Of a DNA stretch of 64,000 nucleotides, positions 26,537-40,338 are shown piece after piece. The stretch is taken from the NCBI GenBank assembly GCA_951406725.2, contig OX597823.1, forward strand, positions 77,624,001 through 77,688,000, given 5' to 3'. This DNA comes from Octopus vulgaris (taxonomy: Eukaryota). The position numbers and the translations under genes are program-made. The first letter of the stretch is position 1. Each line of letters begins with the position of its first letter. Under the pieces are notes generated by a model. It was not told where the DNA came from and ran no database searches. It saw only the letters and a list, made by a program, of their open reading frames with translations.

Positions 26537-26969
26537 TGTAGTGACTCCATCTTGGAAATCTCCAACACACATGCGCAGAGTTGGATTCTTCCAGGAGGCC
26601 TGCTGGAAGTTCCCTCATGCGCATGCACAGAAAACTAGCAGCAGTGAAATTTCCCTTGTATCGTCCTCTTAAACACTGGCAGCCGAACAGGACAGTCGGG
26701 TTTTAGCAGCTCTCTCAAGCTGCTACCTTGTGGCATTTCTCCGCTATGCTTGAACGGACAGGATTTGGCTCACTCCACTTGGCTACTGCGATGAGCTCCT
26801 AGGCTGTCGATTCGCCCTGAAAAAAGAATGTGTATATTGCGAATACAGAAATAAAATATTTATGCTGTTGAAGTTAATCAGAAGTCTTGACTCTTTCCTT
26901 TGATTAATATTTTAATGTAAAGGATGCGAGCTGCACCCATCCAGTGCGGGGACCTCTCATCCTGTTACA
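26537..26969 (+). mobile_element. Solo LTR (433 bp, Gypsy-like) inserted in a family A SINE
   Basis: TGTA...TACA termini; 4-bp TSD ttag (26533-26536, 26970-26973); AATAAA at 26850; GC/CpG-rich; the SINE halves rejoin across it. Confidence 0.85.
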
Positions 26970-27718
26970 TTAGTTTTTTTGACAAACTGCTAGGCTACTG
27001 GGACATAAATAAACAAACACTGGTAGTCGAATGGTGGTGGGTTACAAACACAAACACAAAGATACACCACACCGTTTCCAACCACCAAATTCACCCACAA
27101 GGCATTGATGGGTTGATAATGTAAAAGCAGACACTTTTCATGAGGTGCCGTGAAGTGGGACTGAAACCTAAATCAGGTGGTTACAAAACAAGCTCTTTAA
27201 CAATGTAGCTACGCCTGCACCTTTGTCTAGATATGTGCACATCAACAATACCTATTTCCATGCATCTCGTTTTCATGTCATATCATGTGTGAAGCTCTAA
27301 TTTCGTGTCTTCCTTGGTGTTTATAACCTACCAACAGTCAATTCGCATTAGCTTTTCAACCAAAACGTTTCATCATTCACATTATATGTTATCCAATTCA
27401 ATGCAAATGTCCCTGATACCCCCAACCACAAATAAAACCCCCCAAAAATAAAATAAATAAATAAATAAATTTCCTGGCAGATCAACAGATAGAAACATAT
27501 AAAGAAATAACACTCGAATAATTGTTACACTGAATGATCCTATCGAACACATGGTGTCTACTGAGATACATTTACATGTGCATGCTTCTTGATTACATTT
27601 ACATATTTAAATTTCCTTGATGAATAATTGATAGACTAGTTTTAGATTTCCAAATCTTTCGTTTTATTTTGTCATTTCTGTTTCTCTAATCCATTTAATC
27701 ACTCTACATTTATTATTA

Positions 27719-27762
<44 letters not shown>

Positions 27763-27789
27763 TTCATCATCATCCTCATCATTATTATT

Positions 27790-28330
27790 GAGAGAGCGGT
27801 GCATGTCATCAAAGTGATACTCGGGTAAAATATATGAAGCCTAATATACCCTTCATGACTACCCGTCTGATAAGGGTACACCAAGCACATGCATCACATC
27901 CGCATGTGCATAACATGGTGATCTCATATCAAGATAACCAGCGCATGACCTTGCAGGAGGGGCCCAATTAGAATTCACTTCAGATCGGGTAACCCACCCA
28001 ACTCTAATCTTTTTAATCACTCTACTTTCATTATTATTATTATTATTATCATTATTATTATTATTATTATTTTCATCGTCATCATCATCATTATTATTTA
28101 GAGAGCAGTGCATGCCATCAAAGTGATACTGGGGTAAAATATACGATGCCTAATATACCCTTCATGACTACCCGTCTGATAAGGGTACACCAAGCACATG
28201 TATCACAACCGCATGTGCATAACATGATCTCATATCAATATAGACAGTACATGACCTTGCAGGTGGGGCCCAGTTAGAATTCACTTCAGGTTGGGTAACC
28301 CATCCCTCTCTAATCTTTTTAATCACTCTA
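27790..28330 (-). repeat. Tandem duplication (period about 309 bp) of a retroelement-like fragment with (TAA/TGA)n tail
   Basis: Copies 27790-28024 and 28101-28330 are highly similar and share the same junction ctctaatctttttaatcactcta. Confidence 0.85.
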
Positions 28331-28342
28331 ATTTTATTATTA

Positions 28343-28559
28343 TTCTCTTTTACTTGTTTCAGTCTTGTGGCTGTGACCATGCTGGGGCACTGCCTTTAGT
28401 CAAGCAAATCAACCCCAGGACATATTCTTTGTAAGCCTAGTACTTATTCTTTCGGTCTCTTTTGCCGAACCGCTAAGATATGGAGATGTAAACACACCAA
28501 TATTGGTTGTCAAGCAATGTTGTGGGCACAAACACAGGCACACAAACATATACACACAA

Positions 28560-28606
<47 letters not shown>

Positions 28607-28767
28607 TATATATTCTTTCAGTTTCCATCTACCAAATCCACTCACAAGGCTCTGGTCGACCTGAGGCTATAGTAGAAGACACTTGCCCAAGGTGCCACAC
28701 AGAAGGACTGAACCCAGAACCATGTGGTTCATAAGCAAGCTACTTACCACACAACCACTCCTACACC
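28343..28767 (-). mobile_element. SINE family A, full-length
   Basis: Tail to head colinear with 16945-17350. Confidence 0.9.
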
Positions 28768-29725
28768 TATTATTATTATTATTATTGTTGTTGTTGTTGT
28801 TGTTGTTGTTACTATTAATAATAATAACAATACAGGGAGCAGACGGAATCATTAGCATGCCAGACGTAGTGTTTAGTGGTATTTCCTCCATTCTAATGTT
28901 CTGAGTGCAAATTCCATCAACGTCGATTTTGTTGTTCAGCATAGAGAAACAGACATTAGATAATGATAATGATGTGAATGTGTACATGTGTGTATAAGTG
29001 TGCCTGTGTTACTGTATCCAATGTCATTTGAGGCTAAATGGCTTTCTCATATTCTCACCAGACTTGTCTATTCTGTGTTTCTCTTTCTAATTCTTTCTGG
29101 TCATGATCACTTTTTGTGTCTCTTCATTGTTCTCAGACAAGTGGAACAAGGTTTGTTACCTTGAACAATCCATTTTACCATTTCACATATTTTTGCTGGT
29201 CTTCAGGCCATGACCCAAAGTTTGTGACCCCAAAACCTGCCACCAACTCTTCGTTATTTCTTCTGTATTGGACACTTGCATTATGTTTCAAATCTCTTCA
29301 TACTCCACAAACATATGCCATTTGATTTCCAAGACAATTCATAATACATTATTCATTATTCATAATACTTTATTCTCAAATGTCTTTGACCATAAGTTTG
29401 GGTTTACCAATGTTGGACTAGAAGACTAAGTACCAACATCATCATCAGCAATTTCAACATTTTGCTTCCATTCTCAAACATAATGAATAATAAATACAAT
29501 TATAATTAGATGCCCTCCATTTCCAAGAGTGGTGCAATTGATATAGCTGGCTTCAGTATGAATACCATGTGATTAACATCAACAATAAAGAGTTCCAGAT
29601 GGCCCATGTTCTTAAATGGTAGAATTAGGTATATTGGATGGCTCAGAGCCAGCGGAGACAACTTTACACTAAGAAGTGGAACCTGCAATTTCCTGTAATT
29701 CAGATTTTCTCATGGTCCCAGCAGA

Positions 29726-29887
29726 CTAAATAGTAAAGGCATTGCCCCAAACGATGTTGAGGGAGATCTGCTGGAACAACCACTCTGACTCACAATAGCA
29801 GATGGCCATCTCTACCATTATAGCAGGGAGCAGGGATATGGTCCAGTGGCCAAGAATGCCAGAGGTCTCCACTGCCATAGGCTCAAT
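29726..29887 (-). mobile_element. CRE-like non-LTR retrotransposon C-terminal fragment
   Basis: IEPMAVETSGILG...EWLFQQISLNIVWGNAFTI*, matching the P.AVET.G..G...L.QR.S....RGNA ending of CRE-type ORFs. Confidence 0.65.
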
Positions 29888-30209
29888 GTCTCATTCATAT
29901 ACACAATAGACAACTTGTAATAGAAGGGTTCAGATTTTTACAGACTCATTATGATACAATGGTTAGGAGAAATGGACCCCAAGATAAAAATGGGTATGAG
30001 ATACTTTGGTGGAGCTATTTTAGGGACACCTATTCAGTGTCACTAATTTAACAGTGGTTTATTTAGCATCAGACGATTTGTCTCTGGGACCTTTTGGCAC
30101 CAAAACTTTTGTATCATTCTAGTTGAATGTAATCAAAACTTGTAATCAAAACTACTAAACTTCATTTAACTTTCTGCTTTATCTTATGTATATGATGGTC
30201 AGTAAAATA

Positions 30210-30425
30210 TTGGTTTTAAATTTTGGTAATATGCTAGCAATTTCAGGGGGAGGGGGTAAGTTAATTACATTGACCACCTAGTACTCAACTGGTACTTATT
30301 TTATCAACCCCAAAAAGATGAAAGGTAAAGTTGACCTGGATGGAATTTGAACTCTGAACATAGACAGATGAAATACCATGAAGCATTTTGTGTGACATGC
30401 TCATGATGCTGCCAGCTTGCCACCT
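30210..30425 (-). mobile_element. SINE family B, alternative tail
   Basis: ctggtacttattttatcaacccc...gatgaaagg...ggaatttgaactc...tgccagcttgccacc. Confidence 0.8.
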
Positions 30426-30789
30426 CAATGGTCAAGGAAATATGGACGAACTCAAAAAAAAAAAAAAAAGATTTTCTCACCATAGGTTGCTGTACATCTC
30501 TGACAAAGCAGAGCTAACATTGGATTTTAATCTTGGCAGTGAGCAGAAAGGTCTGGTAGAGTGAGAAGCATTAAGAAGTGCATGTGCTTGCTTCCAGTGC
30601 CAAAAATGTACAATCACCAAAACAGTTTCATTGTCCATCTAGTCTGTCTTTCCAAATCACCAATGTCCAAAAAGCTGCCTCCGGTCATCCATCTCATTCC
30701 GGGACAAAATAAGGTTGTGCTAAACTAGGCTCAATAAAATCAAGACCAAGTAAAAAAAACAAGAAGGGAGCCAATGACTCATGATGCTT

Positions 30790-31222
30790 TATTCTTTACT
30801 CTTTAATCTTTACTCTTTTACTCTTTTACGTGTTTCAGTCATTTGACTGCGGCCATGCTGGAGCACTGCCTTTAGTCAAGCAAATCAACACCAGGACTTA
30901 GTCTTTGTAAGCCTAGTACTTATTCTATCGGTCTCTTTTGCCGAACTGCTAAGTTACGGGGACATAAACTCACCAGCATCAGTTGTCAAGCGATGTTAGG
31001 GAGACAAACATGGACACACAAACATATACACACACACACACATATATATAAATATATACGACAGGCTTCTTTCAGTTTCCGTCTACCAAATCCACTCACA
31101 AGGCTTTGGTCAGCCCGAGGCTATAGTAGAAAACACTTGCCCAAGGTGCTACGCAGTGGGACTGAATGCAGAATCATGTGGTTGGTTAGCAAGCTATTTA
31201 CCACACACCCACTCCTGCACCT
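30790..31222 (-). mobile_element. SINE family A, full-length
   Basis: Colinear with 16945-17350; multiple (gagtaaaa) tail units. Confidence 0.92.
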
Positions 31223-32110
31223 ATATCCAAATTCTTGTTATATCTGAATTCAAATAAATTCAGAGGATGTTTAAATGGAACGGTACTATATTACAAATGA
31301 GTGCCTCCCATTCACAGCCAAACTGAAATACTGCATTCCAAACTATTCTGTTAACATTTGGTAGAAATTTGATCTTTTTAATAAATTCTATCTGAAATTC
31401 TTCACAGATTCAATTCATTCCCAAATTTGTTTTCAAGTTAACATTTCAGCAAATTTGTTATAGGGTCGACCTTTTCTAGATTGATACACTTGACACCTAT
31501 ATCTTGTCATATCTTCATCTTACACCATAAAAAAAATGAAAATGAATGCATTTTCATTTGGGGTTTTTTGGGTTTTTTTTCTCTATCTGACATGGTTTCA
31601 CTGCATTTGAAGGAAATAAAAACTTGGAAATAAATAAATATATTATTACCAAGAATGACACATGAATGAATCCAATGAAGCCATCTCCAGTGACTCAATA
31701 ATGCTAATAATGAAGTTAATAAAATGAAACTGCTGCAAATTTTATTGTAAAGCTGACATTTACATGAATTTGTTGCAAGTTTTAATGCTGTTATAATTTA
31801 CACTTAAAGCTGATAGGAGTTTTATTCTGATATAAGACTAACCTTTATAACAATGTGTTCCAACATTGAGAAGTTAGAAACTTTTTCAAAAATTTTTATT
31901 GTCAGGTTAACTATTTATTAGAACTTGTCATAAATTTGAAATTTTTTCTTCCTTTTATATGCAGAAAAGCGATAAATTTATGATGGGCTGAGAAGATTAT
32001 TATTAGTTAAATCAGCATTGTAGCCAATTAATTTCCTTTCATTAAACATTTTTTTAAGAATCTTGCCTTAAGACTGCCAAGAATATACCATAATGTTGTT
32101 TCCATATCAA

Positions 32111-32742
32111 GGTGGTGAGCTGGCAGCTCACCACGCCGGTGAAATGCACACCGGGTGACATGCTTAGCGGTATTTTATCTGCCACTACATTCTGAGTTCA
32201 AATTCCGCCAATGTCGACTTTGCCTTTCATCCTTTGGGGTTCGATTAAATAAGTACTGGGGTGGATATAATCGACTTAATCCATTTGTCTGTCCTTGTTT
32301 GTCCCCTCTGTGCATAGCCCCTTGTGGGCAGTAAAGAAATAAAACATTAGCATGCCGGTATTTCATCTGTCTTTACATTCTGAGTTCAAATTCCTCCAAG
32401 GCTGACTTTGCCTTTCATCCCTTCGGGGTTGATAAATTAAGTACCAGTTACATACTGAGGTTGATCTAATCACCTGACCCCTTCCCCAAATATTTTGGGC
32501 CTTTTGCCTAGAGTAGAAAAGAATATTGTTTCTGTATCTTAGGGCAGAGAACTTGCAGCACCATTAGCTTGCCAGATAAACTGCTTAGTGGCAGTTCATC
32601 TGTCTTTATGTCCTGGGTTCAAGTCCTGCCAAAGTTGACTTGTCTTTCATCTTTTCAGGGTTGATAAAATAAGTACTGGGTTCAATGTAATCAACTTACT
32701 TCACCCACAAAATTGCTGGCATTGTGCCAAAATTTGAAATCG
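32111..32742 (+). mobile_element. Three consecutive family B SINEs (32111-32342, 32345-32528, 32542-32742)
   Basis: The core gactttg(c/t)ctttcatc...aagtac occurs three times, each followed by a different tail variant. Confidence 0.85.
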
Positions 32743-33132
32743 GTTTTGTTTCTGTATGACTATAAAAGTGAAGCTGCTGCTGCTGCTATTACCGTTCTTA
32801 CTGCTGCTGCTGTTATTTAGACAAGACCAAATCTGATCAGCTGATCTCTCATCATCAAAATTTGTCATACATCAGTGCTGGGAAGTACATTGTCCAATAT
32901 ATCTCAAAAAAAATCTACCAACTTGTATCAATATAAGAAAGTGCATCAGATGTGTGTGTGTGTGTGTTTACAACCCTGTAATGTGGAAAGAGAGATTGAT
33001 AGAATAGTACCAGGTTTTAAAAAAATAATTACGGTATTTGATTTGTTCAACTCAAAATTCTTCCTGGTAGTGCCCCAGCAGGGCCACAATATAATGACTG
33101 AAACAAGTGAAAGATTAAAGATTAAGAAAGAC

Positions 33133-33188
<56 letters not shown>

Positions 33189-33806
33189 CACACACACGCA
33201 CACACACACACATATATATATATATACACACACATATACATACAGGATGCTGCTGTTACCTCATGCACTGCCACTCAAAAGTTTCATGCAATACATGTTT
33301 CACCAGGTGATATTGTTTATCAAACCCTGTTTCATATAAAATTACATGTAGCAACACAGAAGTTACCTGCTGTACTGCAGCATACAATAATAATTATACT
33401 TCACGACATGTACTGGATACTTTTCACACAGTTTTGTGAAGCAAAACACAGACACACACATACACACACATACACATACACACACACAACCCAACATCAA
33501 CGTGTGTATGCTTGTATATCTATTAATATTATGCTTTGTAAGTATGTGTATTCGGATGTACACATCTCTGTATGAATGAATGCATACATGCAGTGCTTCA
33601 AAATGCATAATTAAATGAAATATTTGTGTTAGTACTGTATACCCTGCTGCTTATAAACATAAGTAGATGATGTTATTTATTCAGGTATAACAAGCATATT
33701 GTTTGGTAAAGGTAAAATTTGCCAGGCCTCAATCTGAGTAAATTTCTTGACAGATGTCTCGTCTTAAACATAACATTTTCTCTCACCCAACTCTTTTACT
33801 CTTTAT

Positions 33807-33837
<31 letters not shown>

Positions 33838-33859
33838 CATGTACGCAAATATAAATATA

Positions 33860-33897
33860 TGTATATTTATCTACATAGATATTTGAATGTGTTTACG

Positions 33898-33930
<33 letters not shown>

Positions 33931-34680
33931 GTATATATGTTTGTGTGTATATGTGTATATATATAAATGTGTATATATGTGCACACATTCACACGCATAT
34001 ATATAAATAAATGTAAATATGTATATATATTTATAATGTGTGTGTGAGTATATATATATGTATGTACACACACATAAATACATGTATATGTATCTACATA
34101 GATATTTGAATGTGTATATGTATATGTATATATTTGTGTATATATGTCTGTGAGTATATGTTTATATATATAAATGTGTATATATGTACACACATTCACA
34201 TGCATATATATAAATAAATATAAATATGTATATATATATATATTTATAATGTGTGTGTGAGTATATATATATATGTATGTACACACACATAAATATATGT
34301 ATATGTATCTACATAGATATTTGAATGTGTATATGTATATGTATATATTTGTGTGTATATATGTCTGTGTGTATATGTGTATATATATAAATGTATATAT
34401 ATGTACACACATTCACACGCATATATATAAATAAATATAAATATGTATATATATTTATAATGTGTGTGTGAGCATATATATATGTATGTACGCACACATA
34501 AATACATGTATATGTATCTACATAGATATTTGAATGTGTATATGTATATGTATATATTTGTGCATATATATAAATGTGTATATATGTACACACATTCACA
34601 CGCATATATATATATAAATAAATATAAATATGTATATATATATATCTATAATGTGTGTGTGAGTATATATATATATATAA
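33860..34680. repeat. Higher-order minisatellite, 4 units of about 215 bp built from TA/TG mosaics
   Basis: Anchor ctacatagatatttgaatgtg at 33871, 34094, 34309 and 34518. Confidence 0.9.
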
Positions 34681-35612
34681 TATATATATTTGCATACACA
34701 CACACACACACTCATATCACGTAATGGTTATTGCACACATCATACTGAATGAAATTCCAGAGAGAATGAACATGCTTAACACCATGCTGTTATGCTTTAA
34801 TAATCATTTTGTTTGTTGAGAACATGAAAAACTATATCTCAGTGAAGGTTCTGAGATAACAATTTCTATGCATTTCTAGGGGTGTTTTCATTGAATCCGT
34901 AAGATGGTAGTCATATAACAGAGAAACCTTCTGTTGTGAAGGCACATTATGAAATAAGGGATTTCGCCCAAAGGAAAACATTTGTTATATTATTGTTGCA
35001 TTGTATTTATTAACATAACTTGATGCTAGTTATCATTAATCTTTTATTCCAGTGGAGAAATGGAAAACATCTCCAAGACCCCCAGATTCTTTGTGGTTGA
35101 GTCATTCAGAAATTCACTTCACAATTGAGTGGTTTATGGTCAGTGGTCAAGCAAGAATGTGTGTTGCCCAAGGCAGCCCTTTAGTTAGCTACACATTCCC
35201 TTTCACTTATTCAGGATTATACAGTAGAATCAAAAGTGCAGCACCCAGAAAAGCCATACCTGAGGTAAACCACCCTCTAGCTTAACAGTTATGCAAATGT
35301 TCAGAGTTCAGTCCCACAGTGCCACATGTCATGCCAGGCAGGTGTTTTTGACCATAGCTTCTGCTTAGCCCAAACCTTATAAAGGAAATTTTGAGCAGAG
35401 CAGACTGAAAACAGAGTAGAAACCACATAGATGGGATGGATATTAAGCTGAAGATTTAACCCGTTGCTTTGTTTGAAAGCACCACCTGGCCATTGGATAC
35501 TTTTAGCTGGGTCTACTTTGAGTCACATGGCATTTTAGTTCTAGTTTAGGAATGCAAAAAAAAAAAGGATCTTAAATACCACTTATTATCCTTTGATTAA
35601 TTATAGATGATA

Positions 35613-35995
35613 GGTGCCAGAGTGGCTGTGTGGTAAGTAGCTTGCTTACCAACCACATGGTTCAAGGTTCATTCCCACTGCATGGCACCTTGGGGCTGAC
35701 CAAAGCCTTGTGATTGGATTTGGTAGATGGAAACTGAAAGAAGCTTGTCGCATATATGTATGTTTGTGTGTGTATATGTTTGTGTGTCTGTGTTTGTCCC
35801 CCCAACATCGCTTGACAACCGATGCTGGTGTGTTTACGTCCCCATAACTTAGCGGTTCGGCAAAAGAGTCCAATAGAATAAGTACTAGGCTTCCAAAGAA
35901 TAAGCCTTGGGGTTGATTTGCTTGATTAAAGGCGGTGCTCCAGCATGGCCACAGTCAAATGACGGAAACAAGTAACAGAGAAAGAGAAAGTGAGA
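35613..35995 (+). mobile_element. SINE family A with an internal deletion
   Basis: Lacks the caagtgtcttctactatagcc segment between ccttgg and ggctgacc. Confidence 0.9.
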
Positions 35996-36242
35996 AAGAT
36001 ATGCACACACACACATGTATATAAGTGTTTGAGTGTGTGTGTGTGTGAGTGTGTGTGTGTGTGTGTGCATGTGTGTGAGTGTGTATTATTTGTTTTCAAA
36101 GCTTAACTCTACATTCTGTATCCATAAGTAGATGATGGATTAAATATTCTTTTGGATTTAAAGCCAGTGTTTTGCAACTAGAACTACAAAACATAGCACA
36201 AGCAATGCTCTCATAAATCATCATCATCAACATCCAACTTCG

Positions 36243-36700
36243 ATGTATGTCCGTATGTATATATGTATGTATGTATGTGTATGTATGTGTGTATGTGTGT
36301 GTGTATGTATATGTGTGTGTATATGTATATGTGTGTATATGTATATGTTTGTGTATACGTATATGTGTGTGTATGTATATGTGTGTGTGTATACGTATAT
36401 GTGTGTGTATATGTATGTGTGTGTATATATACATATGTGTATGTATATGTGTGTGTATATGTATATGTGTGTATATGTATATGTGTGTGTGTATACGTAT
36501 ATGTGTGTATATGTATATGTGTGTGTGTATACGTATATGTGTGTGTATATATACATATGTATGTGTGTGTATGTGTGTGTGTATGTATATGTGTGTGTAT
36601 ATGTATATGTGTGTATATGTATATGTGTGTATACGTATATGTGTGTGTGTATTCATGTGTGTGTATATATACATATGTGTGTGTGTGTATATACATATAT
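36243..36700. repeat. Compound TG/TA minisatellite
   Basis: Recurrent gtatacgtatatgtgtgt units. Confidence 0.9.
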
Positions 36701-36705
36701 AGATA

Positions 36706-37125
36706 GGCGCAGGAGTGGCTGTGTGGTAAGTAGCTTGCTTACCAACCACATGGTTCTGGGTTCAGTCCCATTGCGTGGCACCTTGGACAAGTGTCTTCTA
36801 CTATAGCCTCGGGCTGACCAAAGCCTTGTGAGTGGATTTGGTAGACGAAAACTGAAAGAAGCCCATCGTATATATGTATATATATATATATATATATATG
36901 TGTGCGTGTATGTTTGTGTGTCTGTGTTTGTCCCCCTAGCATTGCTTGACAGCCGATGCTGGTGTGTTTATGTTCCCATCACCTAGCGGTTCGGCAAAAG
37001 AGACCGATAGAATAAGTACTGGGCTTACAAAAAATAAGTCCCGGGGTCGAATTGCTCGATTAAAGGCGGTGCTCCAGCATGGCCGCAGTCAAATGACTGA
37101 AACAAGTAAAAGAGTAAAAGAGTAA
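36706..37125 (+). mobile_element. SINE family A, full-length, young
   Basis: ggcgcaggagtggctgtgtggtaag (A box), ggttcagtccc (B box), complete tail. Confidence 0.95.
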
Positions 37126-37194
37126 TATATATAATCAGTGAATCATAAATCCCCAAAAGAAGCACACTCTAAGATACAGACCAATAGAGTATAT

Positions 37195-37530
37195 AGATAA
37201 AGATAGATATGGCTTCCCTATGGTTTACCATAGTAATAAAAGCATCCCTTTTAGCAAAAATATCTACCCTACCTGCTATATCTAAGTCATTGGTTAATTG
37301 TTTGCCTTCACAGTTGATGTTATTGCAATATATGTGAGGAAGTACACCTTTAGTTCTGTAAAGTATTGTTCTATAACATCCTGTCATAAGTCTGGGCATC
37401 TATCCTATATAGATTTCTAGTTTTCTCTGAGAAGATTAGGGACCTGTTGGAATTTTTTAGTAGTCTGATTTCAACGTGGAGCTTATGATGGAAGGAGCAA
37501 GAGGACTTATGGAATTTTAGACCAGCCATA
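37195..37530 (-). mobile_element. Penelope-like element, fragment upstream of the RT core
   Basis: KTRNLYRID..TY..ML*NN / INCEGKQLTNDLDIAGRVDIFAKRDAFITMVNH resembles the IN.EAK.IA..L...AFITLKDHK segment of animal Penelope ORFs. Confidence 0.7.
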
Positions 37531-37534
37531 TCTA

Positions 37535-37765
<231 letters not shown>

Positions 37766-40208
37766 ATAAATATATGTATGTATGTATGCATGCATGTATA
37801 TATGAGTGTATGTATGCTTATATGTTTGGATGGATGTTTGAAACTGTCTGTACAAGTCCATTCTTTACATTGATCATAATTGCATTTATATTAATGTTTA
37901 ATTAACATCAGTGAAATATGTTTTCATTTCATTTACTACCGTTTTAATTACATTTTATAGTCTTTAAAAGATTGGTCTGATAAACTCTAGTTTATTTTAA
38001 CTTTGTTTATTGTAGTGACATTTAAGTATAAATCTTTTGGGATTTCTATTAGGTTATATATGCCTACTTATATCATTACTGTGGGTTTAGAAAGTTACAC
38101 ATTGTACTGTGTTGTGGGAACAAGTACCATGAAGTGATTTTTACTGCTAAGTTTACTAATTCCCATGTAGTATCTAAAATTATTTTATGCTGTTCACACC
38201 ATTCTACTGAGTAGTTCTCTTTGGTGTCAAAACAACAACGTTTTCCGGAAGAACAGCTGATGATGGGGAGCATTTGTTTATTTAGATAAATTGTTGTTAT
38301 TGCATGATACCCTTTTTAGATTTTTTTACATAGTTTTACGCCTTTCAGCATTTCAGTGTTATCCTCGCTTTAAGTTCAAGTTATATATGACTTTTTTTTA
38401 TTGTTTTGTATGTGTTTTTGTCTAATTTCAAGTGTTTCAATTGTTTTTTTTAAATTCAATTTTGTGTTTAATGGATTACAAGGAACATCTGTGTAATTGG
38501 ATCCTGTTTAATATTTTAGATAATTATTTCTGTCAGTTCATTAAGAATTAAGTGATAACAAGATTTATTAGGTTAGGTGTTGGCTAACACACACATGCAT
38601 ACAAACCTATAGATATACAATATTTTCATATGTATATAATGTGTGTGTGTATGAAAATATGTACATGTGTACATGTATATTCTATGTTTACATACACTTG
38701 TTTATGCATAAATATATATCTATATATGCATGTGTGTGTGTGTGTGCAAATGTATACCCCACCTCACACACACACTCGATACACAAGCACTCACATACTC
38801 ACCAAAGAAAGCAATGGTTCATCATCATCATCATTGTCGTTTAACATCTGCTTTCCATGCTGGCATGGGTTAGATAGTTCTCACTTAATAGTCATTTATG
38901 CATTGAAAAACACATGAACATTATGATAATATCATATGCATTTTGCTGCATGCATACATACATACGTACGTATGTACATACACATGTACATAGGTACATA
39001 CATAGATACATACATACAAACAAAAATACCCTATTGTTGATGTTGAAATTCCAGTGAATTCCATGTTGAAATTCCAGTGAAGGTCTAGGTTAGAAACCAG
39101 TTCCTTCTTTATTGGCAAGAAATCTTGAAATAAAATTGAACAATCACATACATGCATACATATATATTTTGGAGATAGCATTCTCAGATAATACAGAGAA
39201 GCACAATACCAGGGTGAACTTGAACCTTCAGACCAAGTATTAGTTATACAAGATGAGAATCCTTAGGCCATTTCCTCATGTGGTATTTTGGTACACCTAA
39301 AGTTATTTCAATGCCTATATGTCTGTTCTCTATTGAAATACTCCACAAGCTTAAAGAACAAAGTATAGATTACAAATTCATTTTATTGAAAATTTTGGAA
39401 TTGGCCAATATCAAACTAAATGAAATTGCTTTCAAATTTGATTTTCAAATAAAACTGTTAACTTGGAGAAAAATTACATAGAAATCTTCTTTGAAAGTTT
39501 ATTTAATTCTTCCGTATACCAATGATGATTATAATTATAATATCAACTATAATAACAAAAGTTTTAAATTCATATGTTTTAGTAATTTACCAAACTTCTC
39601 TGTTATTTCTGTCTCATTCAGTCATTTTTAGAGAATATTTTATTGGTCATGAAATGACAGCTATTAGATGTCTAAAACTTTGAATACTTTGATATTTTCA
39701 ATGTGTATTCTTACAATCATTCCAAATTCTATATTTGTTGCCATTTCTTTACTGATTTTTACACATTTTTCTATAGACGCAAAGAATATGTGTAAAGTGT
39801 ATGAGAATGCTTGGCAAACGAATCTTGATTTTCATGTTCATTGATCTCTGAAATCATCTCTATGCTTTGTTCAGAAGAGAGAATTAAACTAGGTTCAATG
39901 ATCTTTATATATGATATTGTTTATATATGCTATATCTATCGATACATGTGTATACAATGATAAACAAATATATGGATACATATGCATGAGTTCATATATT
40001 ATTATTCATATTTATACTGTTCTGCTGCTGTTATTATTATTGTTGTTTTTAGTAGTAGTAGTAGTAGTATATAAACACATGTATGTGTGTGTGTATATTG
40101 TAAATGCACAAATAAGTACATGAATATAATATACATTGTACACATAAAGACACACATACATACATATAATTGTGTGTGTGTATGCATACAGATATATATA
40201 TATGTATG

Positions 40209-40251
<43 letters not shown>

Positions 40252-40284
40252 GTATGTATGTATATATATATGTTTGTATGTATG

Positions 40285-40338
<54 letters not shown>

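Noticed and set aside
38060-38330. Penelope GIY-YIG remnant or ctgatga core
   Set aside because: Too degenerate to support beyond a YSVEW-like word.
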